DNA from: Deltaproteobacteria bacterium SM23_61
GTDB taxonomy: Bacteria > Desulfobacterota > SM23-61
DNA: 62,586 bases
Assembly (NCBI GenBank): GCA_001304105.1
Contig: LJUR01000002.1
Coordinates: 1 to 62,586 of the forward strand
Direction: 5' to 3'
The position numbers and the translations under genes are program-made. Every line of letters starts with the position of its first letter. The first letter of the stretch is position 1. This document shows, one piece after another, positions 39,966 to 48,932 of this stretch. The notes below the pieces were generated by a model. It saw only the letters and a program-made list of their open reading frames with translations, was not told the origin of the DNA and made no database searches.

Positions 39966-39983
39966 GCACCCAGCACCCTGCCC
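39966..39983. repeat. Left arm of an 18-bp perfect inverted repeat (GGGCAGGGTGCTGGGTGC)
   Basis: Reverse complement of 41791-41808. The pair brackets the K+ channel/cNMP gene pair. Confidence 0.85.
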
Positions 39984-40086
39984 TCTTTTTTTTATCAAAC
40001 AATCTCCTTGAAATCCTTCCATTATTTGGTAGAATGGGCTGATTTTCGGGAGAAACAGGGAAAATTTCCATCCTCCATTTGCACCC

Positions 40087-41265
40087 ATGCCCAAAAAAAG
40101 CAAACCTTCATGGCTGCGCACTTTCTTTTTTATCCTCAAACGGGAAAGGTTCTTTTCCATCCTGGGGGCTACCCTCTTCATCCTCCTGGGGGGCGCCGTC
40201 ACCCTCCATTTCCTTGAATCCAGGGTCAACAAGGGGGTCGCCAATTTTTTTGATGCCGTTTACTGGGCGGTCATCTCCATGACCACCGCGGGTTATGGGG
40301 ACATCGTCCCCACCACGCCGGCCGGCCGGTTCGTGGCCATCATCTTAGTTCTATCCGGCCTCCTTCTGTTCTCCATGGTTACCGCCACCGTTGCTTCCGT
40401 CTTTGTGGAAAAAAAGATCCGGGAGGGAAAAGGCTTGGAAACGGTTAAAAGCAAAGACCACATCGTTCTCTGCGGCTGGAACACCCACGCCGAGGAAGTC
40501 ATCGAAGGGCTCCTCCGGTCCATGGCCGTGAAAAAAATCCCCCTGGTCCTGGTCAACGAGCTCTCGGAGGATGAAGTGGAGTCCCTGAAGTACAAATACC
40601 GGGACCAGGACTTCCGGTTTCTCCGGGGAGACTTCACCCGGGAGGATGTCCTCGCGCGGACGAATATTTTCCAGGCCCGTTCAGCCATTCTCCTGGCGGA
40701 CACATCGGGACAGCGATCCCTGGAGAAAGCCGACGAACGGACCATCCTGGCCACCCTGGCCATCAAGTCCATGGCCCCGGAGGTGAAGACCTGCGCCGAA
40801 CTTCTAAACCCGGAAAATAAGCAACATTTGAACCGGGCCAACGTGGATGAGATTGTTTTGCGGGGCGAGCACATCGGAACTCTGCTGGCCAGCGCCAGCG
40901 CTTCCCCGGGGTTGCCCCGGGTCATCTCCAGCCTTCTCTCCTCTCATGAGGAGAACAAGCTGTGGAAGTTGGAGATCCCGGAGCGCTTTGTGGGAAAGCC
41001 CGTCTCCGAGTTGTCGGCCTACCTCAAGGAAAATTCCCAGGCCCTGCTCATCGCCCTTCTAAGCGAACAAAAGGGTTTGGTTCTGGGCGATATTCTCACC
41101 GACGACTTATCAGCCATCGACCAATTCATCAAGCGGAAGTTCGAGGAAGCGGAAAAGGACCTCCCGGGTAGAAAGGACCGTGTCCTGGTAACCCTGAACC
41201 CGCCGGACGACGCCGTTCTCACCCGGGAGCACTCGGCCGTGGTCATCGCCCGAAACCGTCCTTGA
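40087..41265 (+). CDS. Two-TM potassium channel with a cytoplasmic RCK/TrkA-N domain
   Basis: Selectivity filter TTAGYGD. The RCK domain begins HIVLCGWN. Confidence 0.9.
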   Translation: MPKKSKPSWLRTFFFILKRERFFSILGATLFILLGGAVTLHFLESRVNKGVANFFDAVYWAVISMTTAGYGDIVPTTPAGRFVAIILVLSGLLLFSMVTATVASVFVEKKIREGKGLETVKSKDHIVLCGWNTHAEEVIEGLLRSMAVKKIPLVLVNELSEDEVESLKYKYRDQDFRFLRGDFTREDVLARTNIFQARSAILLADTSGQRSLEKADERTILATLAIKSMAPEVKTCAELLNPENKQHLNRANVDEIVLRGEHIGTLLASASASPGLPRVISSLLSSHEENKLWKLEIPERFVGKPVSELSAYLKENSQALLIALLSEQKGLVLGDILTDDLSAIDQFIKRKFEEAEKDLPGRKDRVLVTLNPPDDAVLTREHSAVVIARNRP

Positions 41266-41278
41266 GAGGAAAAAAGCC

Positions 41279-41782
41279 ATGGAAGAGATCGCCTTTCTGA
41301 AGAAAATCCCCATTCTCCAGGATCTAAACGAAGAGGAGCTCGGCCAGTTCCTGAAGATCGCCCGCCGGGTCCGCTTCCCCAAGGGCCAGCCGATCCTCAC
41401 CGAAGGACAGACCGGCGAGACGATGTACATCATGGTAGAAGGAATGGTGGAAATCTCCAAGAGCCTGGTCATGATCAAAGGGCAGGAAAATTCAAGGGAC
41501 CGGGAAAAGGTCCTGACCAAACTCTCGGCCGAAGACCACGCCATCTTCGGTGAGGTCGCCCTTTTTGAGCAGAGCCAGAGAACGGCCACCGTCATTGCCT
41601 TGACCGATTGCCTGCTCTTGGAGATTTCCAAGGCTGATTTTCTAAAAATGGCCGCGGAAAACACCCGCATCGGGTACAAGATCACCCGGAATATCGCCCA
41701 GCTTCTCTGCTCCCGGCTGCGGAAGGCAGACGAGGATACCGTAAAGCTGACCACGGCCTTGTCGATGGCGCTAAGCCGATGA
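41279..41782 (+). CDS. Cyclic-nucleotide-binding domain protein
   Basis: cNMP-binding fold motif FGEVALF...RTATVIA. No HTH domain is fused. Confidence 0.85.
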   Translation: MEEIAFLKKIPILQDLNEEELGQFLKIARRVRFPKGQPILTEGQTGETMYIMVEGMVEISKSLVMIKGQENSRDREKVLTKLSAEDHAIFGEVALFEQSQRTATVIALTDCLLLEISKADFLKMAAENTRIGYKITRNIAQLLCSRLRKADEDTVKLTTALSMALSR

Positions 41783-41790
41783 AAACAGGG

Positions 41791-41808
41791 GGCAGGGTGC
41801 TGGGTGCA
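41791..41808. repeat. Right arm of the 18-bp inverted repeat, opening a G-rich GGGTG-type tract (41791-41846)
   Basis: Read directly from the sequence. Confidence 0.85.
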
Positions 41809-41886
41809 GGAGGCACAGGGTGTGGGGTGTAGGGTGTGGGGTATAGGCAAAAAAATAACGCTAAGCAATACGGAATGCGGAGTGAA

Positions 41887-41946
41887 AAGGTTAAGGTTGA
41901 GGCTAAGGCTAAGGTTAAGATCAAGGCTAGGTTTAAGGCAAAGGTC
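41887..41946. repeat. Imperfect hexanucleotide tandem repeat (AAGGYT)x10
   Basis: aaggtt aaggtt gaggct aaggct aaggtt aagatc aaggct aggttt aaggca aaggtc. Confidence 0.85.
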
Positions 41947-42002
41947 GCGGTACAATAGACCAAAACAGTTTAATTTAACTTAAAAACCGAGGAGATTTTT
42001 TT

Positions 42003-42395
42003 ATGAAAATGGAAGTCAATCTGGAAAAAGGTTATTTATTTAAAGCCATCTGCAGGGGCCATGAGGTTTTGGCGGACCAACCCGAGAAAGACGGAGGAAG
42101 CGACAAGGCCGTGACCCCCACCGAGCTTTTCATCGCCTCCATCGGGATATGCATCGGCTATTATGTGGTAAGGTTTTGCAATCGGCACAAGCTGCCGACG
42201 GACGGGATGAAGGTCTTTTTGGACTGGACAGTGGTCAAAGATCCCTGGCGCGTCGGCACGATCACAGTAGAAATCCATTACCCCCATGAGATTCCCGAAG
42301 CAGAGAAGAAAGGCCTTTTGCGTATGGGCCATGCCTGTTTTGTTACTGAGACGATCATGAATAAGCCGGAAATCACGGTAGAGCTAAAATCCTAA
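42003..42395 (+). CDS. OsmC/Ohr-family protein
   Basis: PTELFIASIGICIGYY and GHACFV, the two-Cys OsmC pattern. Confidence 0.8.
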   Translation: MKMEVNLEKGYLFKAICRGHEVLADQPEKDGGSDKAVTPTELFIASIGICIGYYVVRFCNRHKLPTDGMKVFLDWTVVKDPWRVGTITVEIHYPHEIPEAEKKGLLRMGHACFVTETIMNKPEITVELKS

Positions 42396-42404
42396 AGACT
42401 TTTT

Positions 42405-42512
42405 CTCTCGCAGAGCACGCAGAGGCCGCAGAGGATTTTATCAATGAATACTAAAGAAAATGCTCATCTATTTTTGTCTAGTTCTCTGCGATCTCTGTGA
42501 GCCCTGCGAGAG
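42405..42512. repeat. Imperfect ~30-nt inverted repeat (CTCTCGCAGAGCACGCAGAGGCCGCAGAGG ... TCTCTGCGATCTCTGTGAGCCCTGCGAGAG) around an AT-rich 49-nt spacer
   Basis: About 24/30 complementary positions. A related half-unit lies at 51271-51293. Confidence 0.7.
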
Positions 42513-42529
42513 TTAACCCTTTTGAATTT

Positions 42530-44260
42530 ATGGATCCTTTGACCCACCTGATTGACGTAGCCAAGGGAGAAGTGGCGGCTGACCTCTTGCTGAAGGGGGC
42601 GAGGATCGCCAACGTCCTGACCGGCGAGGTTTATCCGGCCAACGTGGCCGTCGCCGGGGAATGGATCGCGGGGGTCGGCCAGGAATATACCGAGGGGATA
42701 GAGACTCTAAATCTATCGGGGCTTATTCTCTGTCCCGGACTGATCAACGGACATCTTCATCTCGAAAGTTCCCTCCTGACTCCGGCCGAGTACGCCCGCC
42801 TCGCTATTGCCCACGGGACCACCACGGCCATTCTGGACCCCCACGAGATCGCCAACGTCCTGGGAACAACCGGGATTCAGGCCCTGCTCGAGGCCAGCGA
42901 GGCGCTACCCCTTGATTTTTTCTTCATGGCCCCTTCCTGTGTACCCTCCACCCCGCTGGAAACTGCGGGCGCCGCCCTCTCCTCCAGGGAGATCCAAAAG
43001 CTCCTGGAACATGAACGGGTTTTGGGCCTGGGGGAGATGATGAATTTTCCGGGGGTCCTCGGAAAGGATCCGGAGGTGCTGAGCAAAATCATTATGGCCC
43101 GGCGGGGAAAAAAGCCCATCGACGGGCACGCTCCCATCCTTTCCGGCAAAGGCCTGAACGCCTACCTGGCGGCCGGAATCGAATCCGATCACGAATGCAT
43201 AAAGAGAGAGGAAGCCGAAGAAAAGCTGCGCCTGGGCATGTGGCTGATGATCCGGGAGGGCACTGCCGCCAGGAACCTGAAAGACCTGCTTCCGGCAGTC
43301 ACGCCCCAAAACTCCCGCCGGTGCCTCCTGGTCTTGGACGACCTGGAGGCCGGGGATCTCTTGCCGAATGGAGAATTAGACCATGCCGTGCGCCGGGCTA
43401 TTTCCCTGGGACTGAATCCGCTGACCGCCCTCCAGATGGCGACTCTCCATGCCGCCGAGAGATTCGGGTTGAAGGACCGGGGAGTCATTGCTCCGGGAAA
43501 AAGGGCAGACCTGATTGCCGTCCCTGAGTTAAAGGGATTTCAAACGGCCTTGACAGTCAAAAACGGAAAAGTCGTGGCCCGGGAAGGAAAAGCCTATCCC
43601 CTTTTCCATGCCGGGTTCGGCCACCAAGTTCTCCATTCGGTCAAAATTAAATCTCTCGATGCCTCATCTTTCCATCTTTCCCTTAAGGCGGACCGGGCCT
43701 GGGTGATCAGGATTGTCGCCGATCAAATCATCACCCAGAAGCGATCCCTGCCGGTCAAAAAGGATCCAACCGGCATGGTCGTCTCCGACCCGGAAGCCGA
43801 TATTCTGAAGTTGGCAGTCATCGAAAGGCACAAGGGCTCCGGGCAAATGGGCCTGGGGCTGGTGAAGGGGTTCGAGCTAAAAGCCGGCGCCCTGGCCAGC
43901 TCCGTGGCCCACGACTCTCACAATTTAATCGTTGTGGGGGTGAACGATCAGGAAATGCAGCACGCGGTGGAAGAGATCGTACGGATGCAGGGAGGGCTTG
44001 TGGTGGTACAGGGAGGCGACGTAAAATCTTCCCTCCCCCTGCCCGTAGCCGGCCTCATGTCCCTGGAGCCAGCCGAGACCGTGGCTTCGCGGATGGAAAA
44101 ATTAAAAGAGGCAGCCAGAGACCTAGGCTGCCCTTTGGCCAACCCCTTTCTGACTCTCTCCTTCCTGGCCCTTCCCGTGATTCCCGAACTGAAGCTGACC
44201 GACAAAGGGCTGGTGGACGTTTCCCAGTTCCGGATTATACCCCTTGAACCTTCCGAGTAA
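42530..44260 (+). CDS. ade: Adenine deaminase
   Basis: PGLINGHLHLESS, HGTTTAILDPHEIANVLG, GLGEMMNFPGV, IDGHAP and ESDHE motifs. I prefer the ATG at 42530 because the GTG at 42497 lies inside the inverted repeat. Confidence 0.9.
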   Translation: MDPLTHLIDVAKGEVAADLLLKGARIANVLTGEVYPANVAVAGEWIAGVGQEYTEGIETLNLSGLILCPGLINGHLHLESSLLTPAEYARLAIAHGTTTAILDPHEIANVLGTTGIQALLEASEALPLDFFFMAPSCVPSTPLETAGAALSSREIQKLLEHERVLGLGEMMNFPGVLGKDPEVLSKIIMARRGKKPIDGHAPILSGKGLNAYLAAGIESDHECIKREEAEEKLRLGMWLMIREGTAARNLKDLLPAVTPQNSRRCLLVLDDLEAGDLLPNGELDHAVRRAISLGLNPLTALQMATLHAAERFGLKDRGVIAPGKRADLIAVPELKGFQTALTVKNGKVVAREGKAYPLFHAGFGHQVLHSVKIKSLDASSFHLSLKADRAWVIRIVADQIITQKRSLPVKKDPTGMVVSDPEADILKLAVIERHKGSGQMGLGLVKGFELKAGALASSVAHDSHNLIVVGVNDQEMQHAVEEIVRMQGGLVVVQGGDVKSSLPLPVAGLMSLEPAETVASRMEKLKEAARDLGCPLANPFLTLSFLALPVIPELKLTDKGLVDVSQFRIIPLEPSE

Positions 44261-44361
44261 CCCCTCGGCTTTTACCCAAATCCCGTCGGAACACCCCAAA
44301 ACAAAAAACTGATGGGGATACAGGTGAACTTAGCGCGGCTGCGCCGCAACCAAAGAAGATC

Positions 44362-44410
44362 ACCCCCTCCCTACCCTCCCCCCTCGAGGGGGAGGGGGAA
44401 GGTGGGGGGG
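44362..44410. repeat. C-tract/G-tract palindromic element (CCCTCCCCCCTCGAGGGGGAGGG type)
   Basis: Homologous copies lie at 51043-51092, and looser ones at 55126-55215. The flank shares gcggc.g.gccgcaacc.aa with the 51-kb copy. Confidence 0.8.
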
Positions 44411-44440
44411 ACGCGGATAAACACAGATAAAACAGGAATA

Positions 44441-44475
44441 AAAAAACCCCCTCCGGAAAAGGAGAGGGGGTTTTT
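44441..44475. terminator. Bidirectional intrinsic terminator between convergent ade and ABC-2 permease genes
   Basis: AAAAAA-CCCCCTCC-ggaaaa-GGAGAGGGGG-TTTTT. Confidence 0.75.
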
Positions 44476-44512
44476 GAGCCTGCAACCTGAAACCTGCAAC
44501 CTGAAACCTAAT

Positions 44513-45478
44513 CTAAGTCGACCGGATCTCCTGGCGCATGAAGATCGCGTAGGAGATGGCGAAGCAGACCAGGGTAATGGCGACAAGGGTGATGAGGTGG
44601 GGGAAGACGATATGGACGCTCTCCGACAGGGTGAGAGGGTTCTGGAAACGGGAGATGGAAAGCCTTTCGAAGGGCCCCATGAGGATGAGCGACTGGGTCG
44701 TCTTCCGCAGGGGGTCCAGGATGATGGTCGTGGATTCGCTGTAGAGGGTCATGGGAGAGACCAGGGAAATGGCTTTGCGGGTCTGCTCGTTCTTGACGAC
44801 CAATTCGGGGGCCTGCGAGGCCTGCGATGGGTCGAAGGGAGCAATCATGTCGGCCATCACTCCCGCCCCCATGGGCACAAAGAAGAAGAAAAAGATCCAA
44901 CAGGCGATGGCCGCCAGGGCTGAAGTGGCCATGCTCCGGAAGCTTACCGAGAAGAGGATGGAAATGCCCAGCCAGAAGCCGATGTAGAAGATGCTGATTA
45001 ACAGGTAGATGAGCAGCCGGTAGACCTCCTCCGGGCCGGGTACCACCCCGATGAGCAGCAGTCCCAAGCCCGAGATCATGAGAACAATGGCTACCATCAT
45101 GACCACAATGGTGACCAGGCCGGCCAGAAACTTTCCGTTGATGATGTAGTCACGGAAGATGGGCTGGGAGGCCAGCTTGCTCAGCGTCCGGGTGCTTCGC
45201 TCCCGGTTCACCGCGTCGAAGCCCAGGACGATCCCGATGATGGGTCCGAAGATGGAAATGAACTGGATCAGGGAAAGGAACTTCCCCGGGGAAGTGAAGA
45301 GCATGAGAAATACGAAAGTGGGCTTGGCCACATCCTTGAGTTCTTCCTTCAGCCCGGTCCCCACCATGAAGGCGATGACCATGCTCACCATGAGGATCAG
45401 GTAGAAGAGGAGGGTAAACCGGGTGCTGCTGAAGTGGTCGGCCAGCTCTTTGCGGCAGATGGTGATCATTCCTTTCAC
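44513..45478 (-). CDS. ABC-2-type transporter permease
   Basis: 6 TM segments. N-terminus ICRKELADHFSSTRF is typical of ABC-2/NosY-like permeases. 4-nt overlap with the ATPase gene. Confidence 0.8.
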   Translation of the reverse strand: MKGMITICRKELADHFSSTRFTLLFYLILMVSMVIAFMVGTGLKEELKDVAKPTFVFLMLFTSPGKFLSLIQFISIFGPIIGIVLGFDAVNRERSTRTLSKLASQPIFRDYIINGKFLAGLVTIVVMMVAIVLMISGLGLLLIGVVPGPEEVYRLLIYLLISIFYIGFWLGISILFSVSFRSMATSALAAIACWIFFFFFVPMGAGVMADMIAPFDPSQASQAPELVVKNEQTRKAISLVSPMTLYSESTTIILDPLRKTTQSLILMGPFERLSISRFQNPLTLSESVHIVFPHLITLVAITLVCFAISYAIFMRQEIRST

Positions 45479-46233
45479 GATTGCCCCTCCTTGAAATACT
45501 TCATGTAAAGCTCTTCCAATGTGTACTGCCCTTCCTCGAGTCCAAGCTTTTCTTTGGCCAGGTCCTCGATCCGGCCCACGGCGACCATGTTCCCTTTGAG
45601 CATGATCCCGATCCGGGAGGAGATCTTCTGGACCTGGTCCAGGAGATGGGAGGACAAGAAGACGGTGATTTTCTTGTCCCGGCTCAGAGACTGGATCAGA
45701 TTCAGCATCTGGAGCGACCCGTCGGGGTCCAAGCCCAGGGTCGGTTCATCGAGAAAGACCACCTGGGGATTTTTCAGCAGGACTTCCGCAATCCCCAGGC
45801 GCTGCCGCATGCCCCGGGAGAACTCCCCCACCTTCTTCTTCGGCTCCGGTTTCAGGTCCACCAGGTTCAGCAGCTCTTCGATTTTGACCAGGGCCTCTTC
45901 GTCCGGAATTCCGTTCAACCGGCTGATGAACAGGAGGTTCTGGACCGCATTCATGTCGTCATAGAAACCCACGTTTTCGGGAAGATAGCCCACCACCCGC
46001 TTGACTTTCAACGCCTCCCGGGTGGGGTCGAAGCCGCATACCCAGGCTCTCCCCGAAGTGGGCTCGCTCAGGCCCAGCAACATGAGGAGCGTGGTGGTCT
46101 TGCCGGCTCCGTTCGGCCCCAGAAACCCGAAAACTTCTCCCTCGTTGATCTTGAGGGTCAGGGCGTTTACGGCCGTCTGTTCCCCGTATACCTTGGTCAG
46201 GTCCTGGGTCTCGATGATCGTCTGTCCGTTCAC
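45475..46233 (-). CDS. ABC transporter ATP-binding protein
   Basis: Walker A GPNGAGKTT, signature FSRGMRQRL, Walker B VVFLDEPT. GTG start 5 nt after GGAGGAG. Confidence 0.9.
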   Translation of the reverse strand: MNGQTIIETQDLTKVYGEQTAVNALTLKINEGEVFGFLGPNGAGKTTTLLMLLGLSEPTSGRAWVCGFDPTREALKVKRVVGYLPENVGFYDDMNAVQNLLFISRLNGIPDEEALVKIEELLNLVDLKPEPKKKVGEFSRGMRQRLGIAEVLLKNPQVVFLDEPTLGLDPDGSLQMLNLIQSLSRDKKITVFLSSHLLDQVQKISSRIGIMLKGNMVAVGRIEDLAKEKLGLEEGQYTLEELYMKYFKEGQS

Positions 46234-46234
46234 G

Positions 46235-47458
46235 TTATCTCCTCCCCAGCCACAGGAACAGCGCGCCCAGCCCGGCAATGACCAGCACGATGATGATGAT
46301 TCCGATCCATCCCCAGGCGGCGGAAGTTTTTACCGACACCCTCATTTCCACTGTTTTGCTGCTGCCTTTCTCCCCGTCGACGGAAAGACCCACCGAATAA
46401 TCACCCACCAGGGCCTGACCCGCTGGAGTAATGATTACCTCGACCTGCTTCATGGCATCCGGTTCGAGGGCGTCGATCTTCTCCGGCTTGAACTCCACCT
46501 TCCAGTTCTCCGGCTTGAAAGAGCTGAAACTGATATTCTTGTTCACCGCCGAGCCGGTGTTCTTCACAAAAAGCGACATCTGGGCCGCCTTGCCGGCGAG
46601 AGCCTCCAGAGACAGAAGGCCGGTGGGAGTCCCGGCATCGAGCTTATAGATTCCCGTGAGAATGACCGTCAGCTTCACATCCTGTTTCTTATCCCCCGAA
46701 GTAATCCCGACGACGATGGGGAAGGAACCCGCCTTGGCATCCCTGGGCGGGGTCACTTCCACGGCCACGTTCTGGCTGGAGCCGCCTTTGATCCGGAAGC
46801 TGGAGATCTGCTTCTGCTCGTAGGCCGGCTTGAAGCTGACCTCCCATTTGGCCGGGGCCTGGGCGGAGAGGTTGAAGTTCCGATCCGCTTCACTCTTGTT
46901 GTTGACTTCCAGGGAGAATTCGAACTTGGCGTCCGTCTGCCCCTTGAGGACGGGGTAGGAGGTGGTTACGGTGAAGTCTTCCCCCATCGCTGTCCTTTCG
47001 CGCACGGTCACGTTGATCTTCTGGGTGGAGGTAAACCTCCCGTCCTCGGTCTGAGCGTCGATCTGGAAATGGTACTCTCCGGGCTTGACCTTCTTATCCG
47101 GCTCGGCCAGGAAGGTCAGGGTCCGGGCCTTGGTGGCCGGCACCGGAACAGCAGCGACAATGAAATTGGGGGCCTTGAGGGAAGCCCTCCAGCCCTTGGG
47201 AACCTGGCTGATTTTCATGGAAATATTCTCGTCCCTTTTTCCCTTATTCTCCGCGGTAAGATCCATGCGCACGGATTCGCCCGGAGGTACGATGACCCCG
47301 GAATATTCGGTGTAAATGGCGATTCCCCTCTCTGGACGAGGGATAACATCTTTATCCTTGTCCGACTGGGCCGTCGCCGTCCCGCCGATCGACAATGACA
47401 ATAGAATAAGGATAGAGAAAATCAAAACCGATTTCAGCCCAATGCTTCCCCGACGCAT
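46235..47458 (-). CDS. Exported, C-terminally membrane-anchored protein with repeated beta-sandwich (NEW3/CARDB-like) domains
   Basis: Signal peptide, three similar ~100-aa modules (...KPGEYHFQID..., ...KAGSFPIVVG..., ...LVGDYSVGLS...), and a C-terminal TM helix. Confidence 0.6.
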   Translation of the reverse strand: MRRGSIGLKSVLIFSILILLSLSIGGTATAQSDKDKDVIPRPERGIAIYTEYSGVIVPPGESVRMDLTAENKGKRDENISMKISQVPKGWRASLKAPNFIVAAVPVPATKARTLTFLAEPDKKVKPGEYHFQIDAQTEDGRFTSTQKINVTVRERTAMGEDFTVTTSYPVLKGQTDAKFEFSLEVNNKSEADRNFNLSAQAPAKWEVSFKPAYEQKQISSFRIKGGSSQNVAVEVTPPRDAKAGSFPIVVGITSGDKKQDVKLTVILTGIYKLDAGTPTGLLSLEALAGKAAQMSLFVKNTGSAVNKNISFSSFKPENWKVEFKPEKIDALEPDAMKQVEVIITPAGQALVGDYSVGLSVDGEKGSSKTVEMRVSVKTSAAWGWIGIIIIVLVIAGLGALFLWLGRR

Positions 47459-47808
47459 GTTCGTCCTCCTCCAATTTTTTTAAATTTAATTCCGGTAATC
47501 TTTTTGAGGGTGTAGTGAATTATAACTCTTGGCAGTCCCTCTGGAGCTCGGTTACCCTCTCAAAAACAACCTTAAAATAATAGCAAAAGAGAAATTTGTC
47601 AAGGCTATTTCCGACTCTCCAAGGGAATCGGGCTGGATTTTGGCCTTTCCCTTCCACCCCCGAAAAGAAAACCCCAAGCTTACTCTTCCTGGCAGGCTTT
47701 AGGGGGTTGAGGCCCCCAAAATTCTTAAACTTTTATCAGCTCTACCTTGAAGCTATAGAAGGCCGAACTTTCCCTGTACCGAGTCCTGGGGAGCATCCTT
47801 GCAGATTG

Positions 47809-48693
47809 CTAGGCCGCTCCGGCTTCTTTCAGCTTTTCCACGATGGAATCCTTGTCCCAGGCGCCCACATGGCGGTACATTTCCTTGCCCGTCTTGTCAA
47901 AAAAGATCAGGGTAGGAATGAGTTGGACCCGGTATTCCCGGGCGAGGTCTTTGTATTCGTACACGTCGATGATGAGAATTCTGGCCTTCTCGGCAAGCTC
48001 TTTTTCGATCTCTTTCAAAATCGGTCGAAGCTGTCGGCAGGGCATGCAGGAATTGGCGCCGAAGTCCACCAGAAGCGGCTTCCCGCTCTTGATCGCCTGC
48101 TGAAATTCCTCATTGGTGTTGGTGGGGGGCGGGAGGGCGGTTAAATCCTTCAGGCGGCTCTCATTGATGTCGATTTTCGCCTTATTCCTTAAAGAAGCCA
48201 GGTATTCCTCGACCTTTTCCTTCCCCTTGAGCTCCCGGATGGCCTCCTCGATCATCGGGGTCGCCTCGGCCAGGGACTTCTTTCCCATCTGGTCCTTGTG
48301 CTGCTTGTAGACTTCGGCCACCTCCTTGGGGTCGACCTGGATCTTGTCCAGGACTTCCTTCTTCACCAGGTTCTGCATGATGGACAGGTCAATGTCTTCC
48401 CCCCTGGCCTCAGGATCGGCCTTCACCCCCAATCTCTTCGCTTCCTGCAGGACGACTTCCTTGGTGATGACCTGGTCGAGATATTGCCTGGGCTCTTCCC
48501 GGAATACTTCCTGGAAGGGCGCGGGGATTTTTCTCAGCTCCCGGTCGAACTGGGCAACGGTGATCTTCCGGTCGTTGACCATGGCCAGGACTTGGCGCTC
48601 CGGGTTCCAGGTGAAAAATTTCAGATAACCGAATAGGATGACTCCAACCACCACCGCCAAGACCGGAATGATCCATTTCCAATGCTTTTTCAT
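47809..48693 (-). CDS. Membrane-anchored SurA-N-like chaperone domain fused to a thioredoxin domain (CMPC)
   Basis: N-terminal TM helix, then VNDRKITVAQFDREL... (SurA_N-like). The C-terminus is LLVDFGANSCMPCRQLRPIL...IPTLIFF (thioredoxin). Confidence 0.8.
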   Translation of the reverse strand: MKKHWKWIIPVLAVVVGVILFGYLKFFTWNPERQVLAMVNDRKITVAQFDRELRKIPAPFQEVFREEPRQYLDQVITKEVVLQEAKRLGVKADPEARGEDIDLSIMQNLVKKEVLDKIQVDPKEVAEVYKQHKDQMGKKSLAEATPMIEEAIRELKGKEKVEEYLASLRNKAKIDINESRLKDLTALPPPTNTNEEFQQAIKSGKPLLVDFGANSCMPCRQLRPILKEIEKELAEKARILIIDVYEYKDLAREYRVQLIPTLIFFDKTGKEMYRHVGAWDKDSIVEKLKEAGAA

Positions 48694-48932
48694 TCAACGA
48701 TTCCTCTCATCCTCACGGATAAAATCTCCCCCTCACCCTTGCCCTGAGGCTGTCGGATTATCAAAATCATAAGCCTGGTTCGGGAGTTAAGAAATTGCGG
48801 ATCGATAAGATCGGCATCCCTGACAATACATCAACGAATCTTAACCCAGATTAGCAGGAATGTGAGGATTTGTCCATGAAAAGCCGGAACGATTCATCGA
48901 ATTGCCCCCAGCAGGGTTTATCGATTTCTTCC

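Noticed and set aside
41887-41946. Possible CRISPR-like array
   Set aside because: The units are contiguous 6-mers with no spacers, and there are no cas genes. It is a simple tandem repeat.
41110-41955. 281-aa minus-strand ORF ending in LNLNLSLSLNL
   Set aside because: It is the translation of the hexamer tandem repeat and G-tract plus antisense of the cNMP-binding gene. It is not a real protein.
44312-44923. 203-aa plus-strand ORF containing PPPSRGRGKVGG
   Set aside because: The N-terminus is a translation of the C/G-tract palindrome, and the remainder is antisense to the ABC-2 permease.
45481-47398. 266-aa and 465-aa plus-strand ORFs opposite the ABC ATPase and NEW3-like genes
   Set aside because: They are antisense to well-supported genes and have no motifs, only a biased composition.
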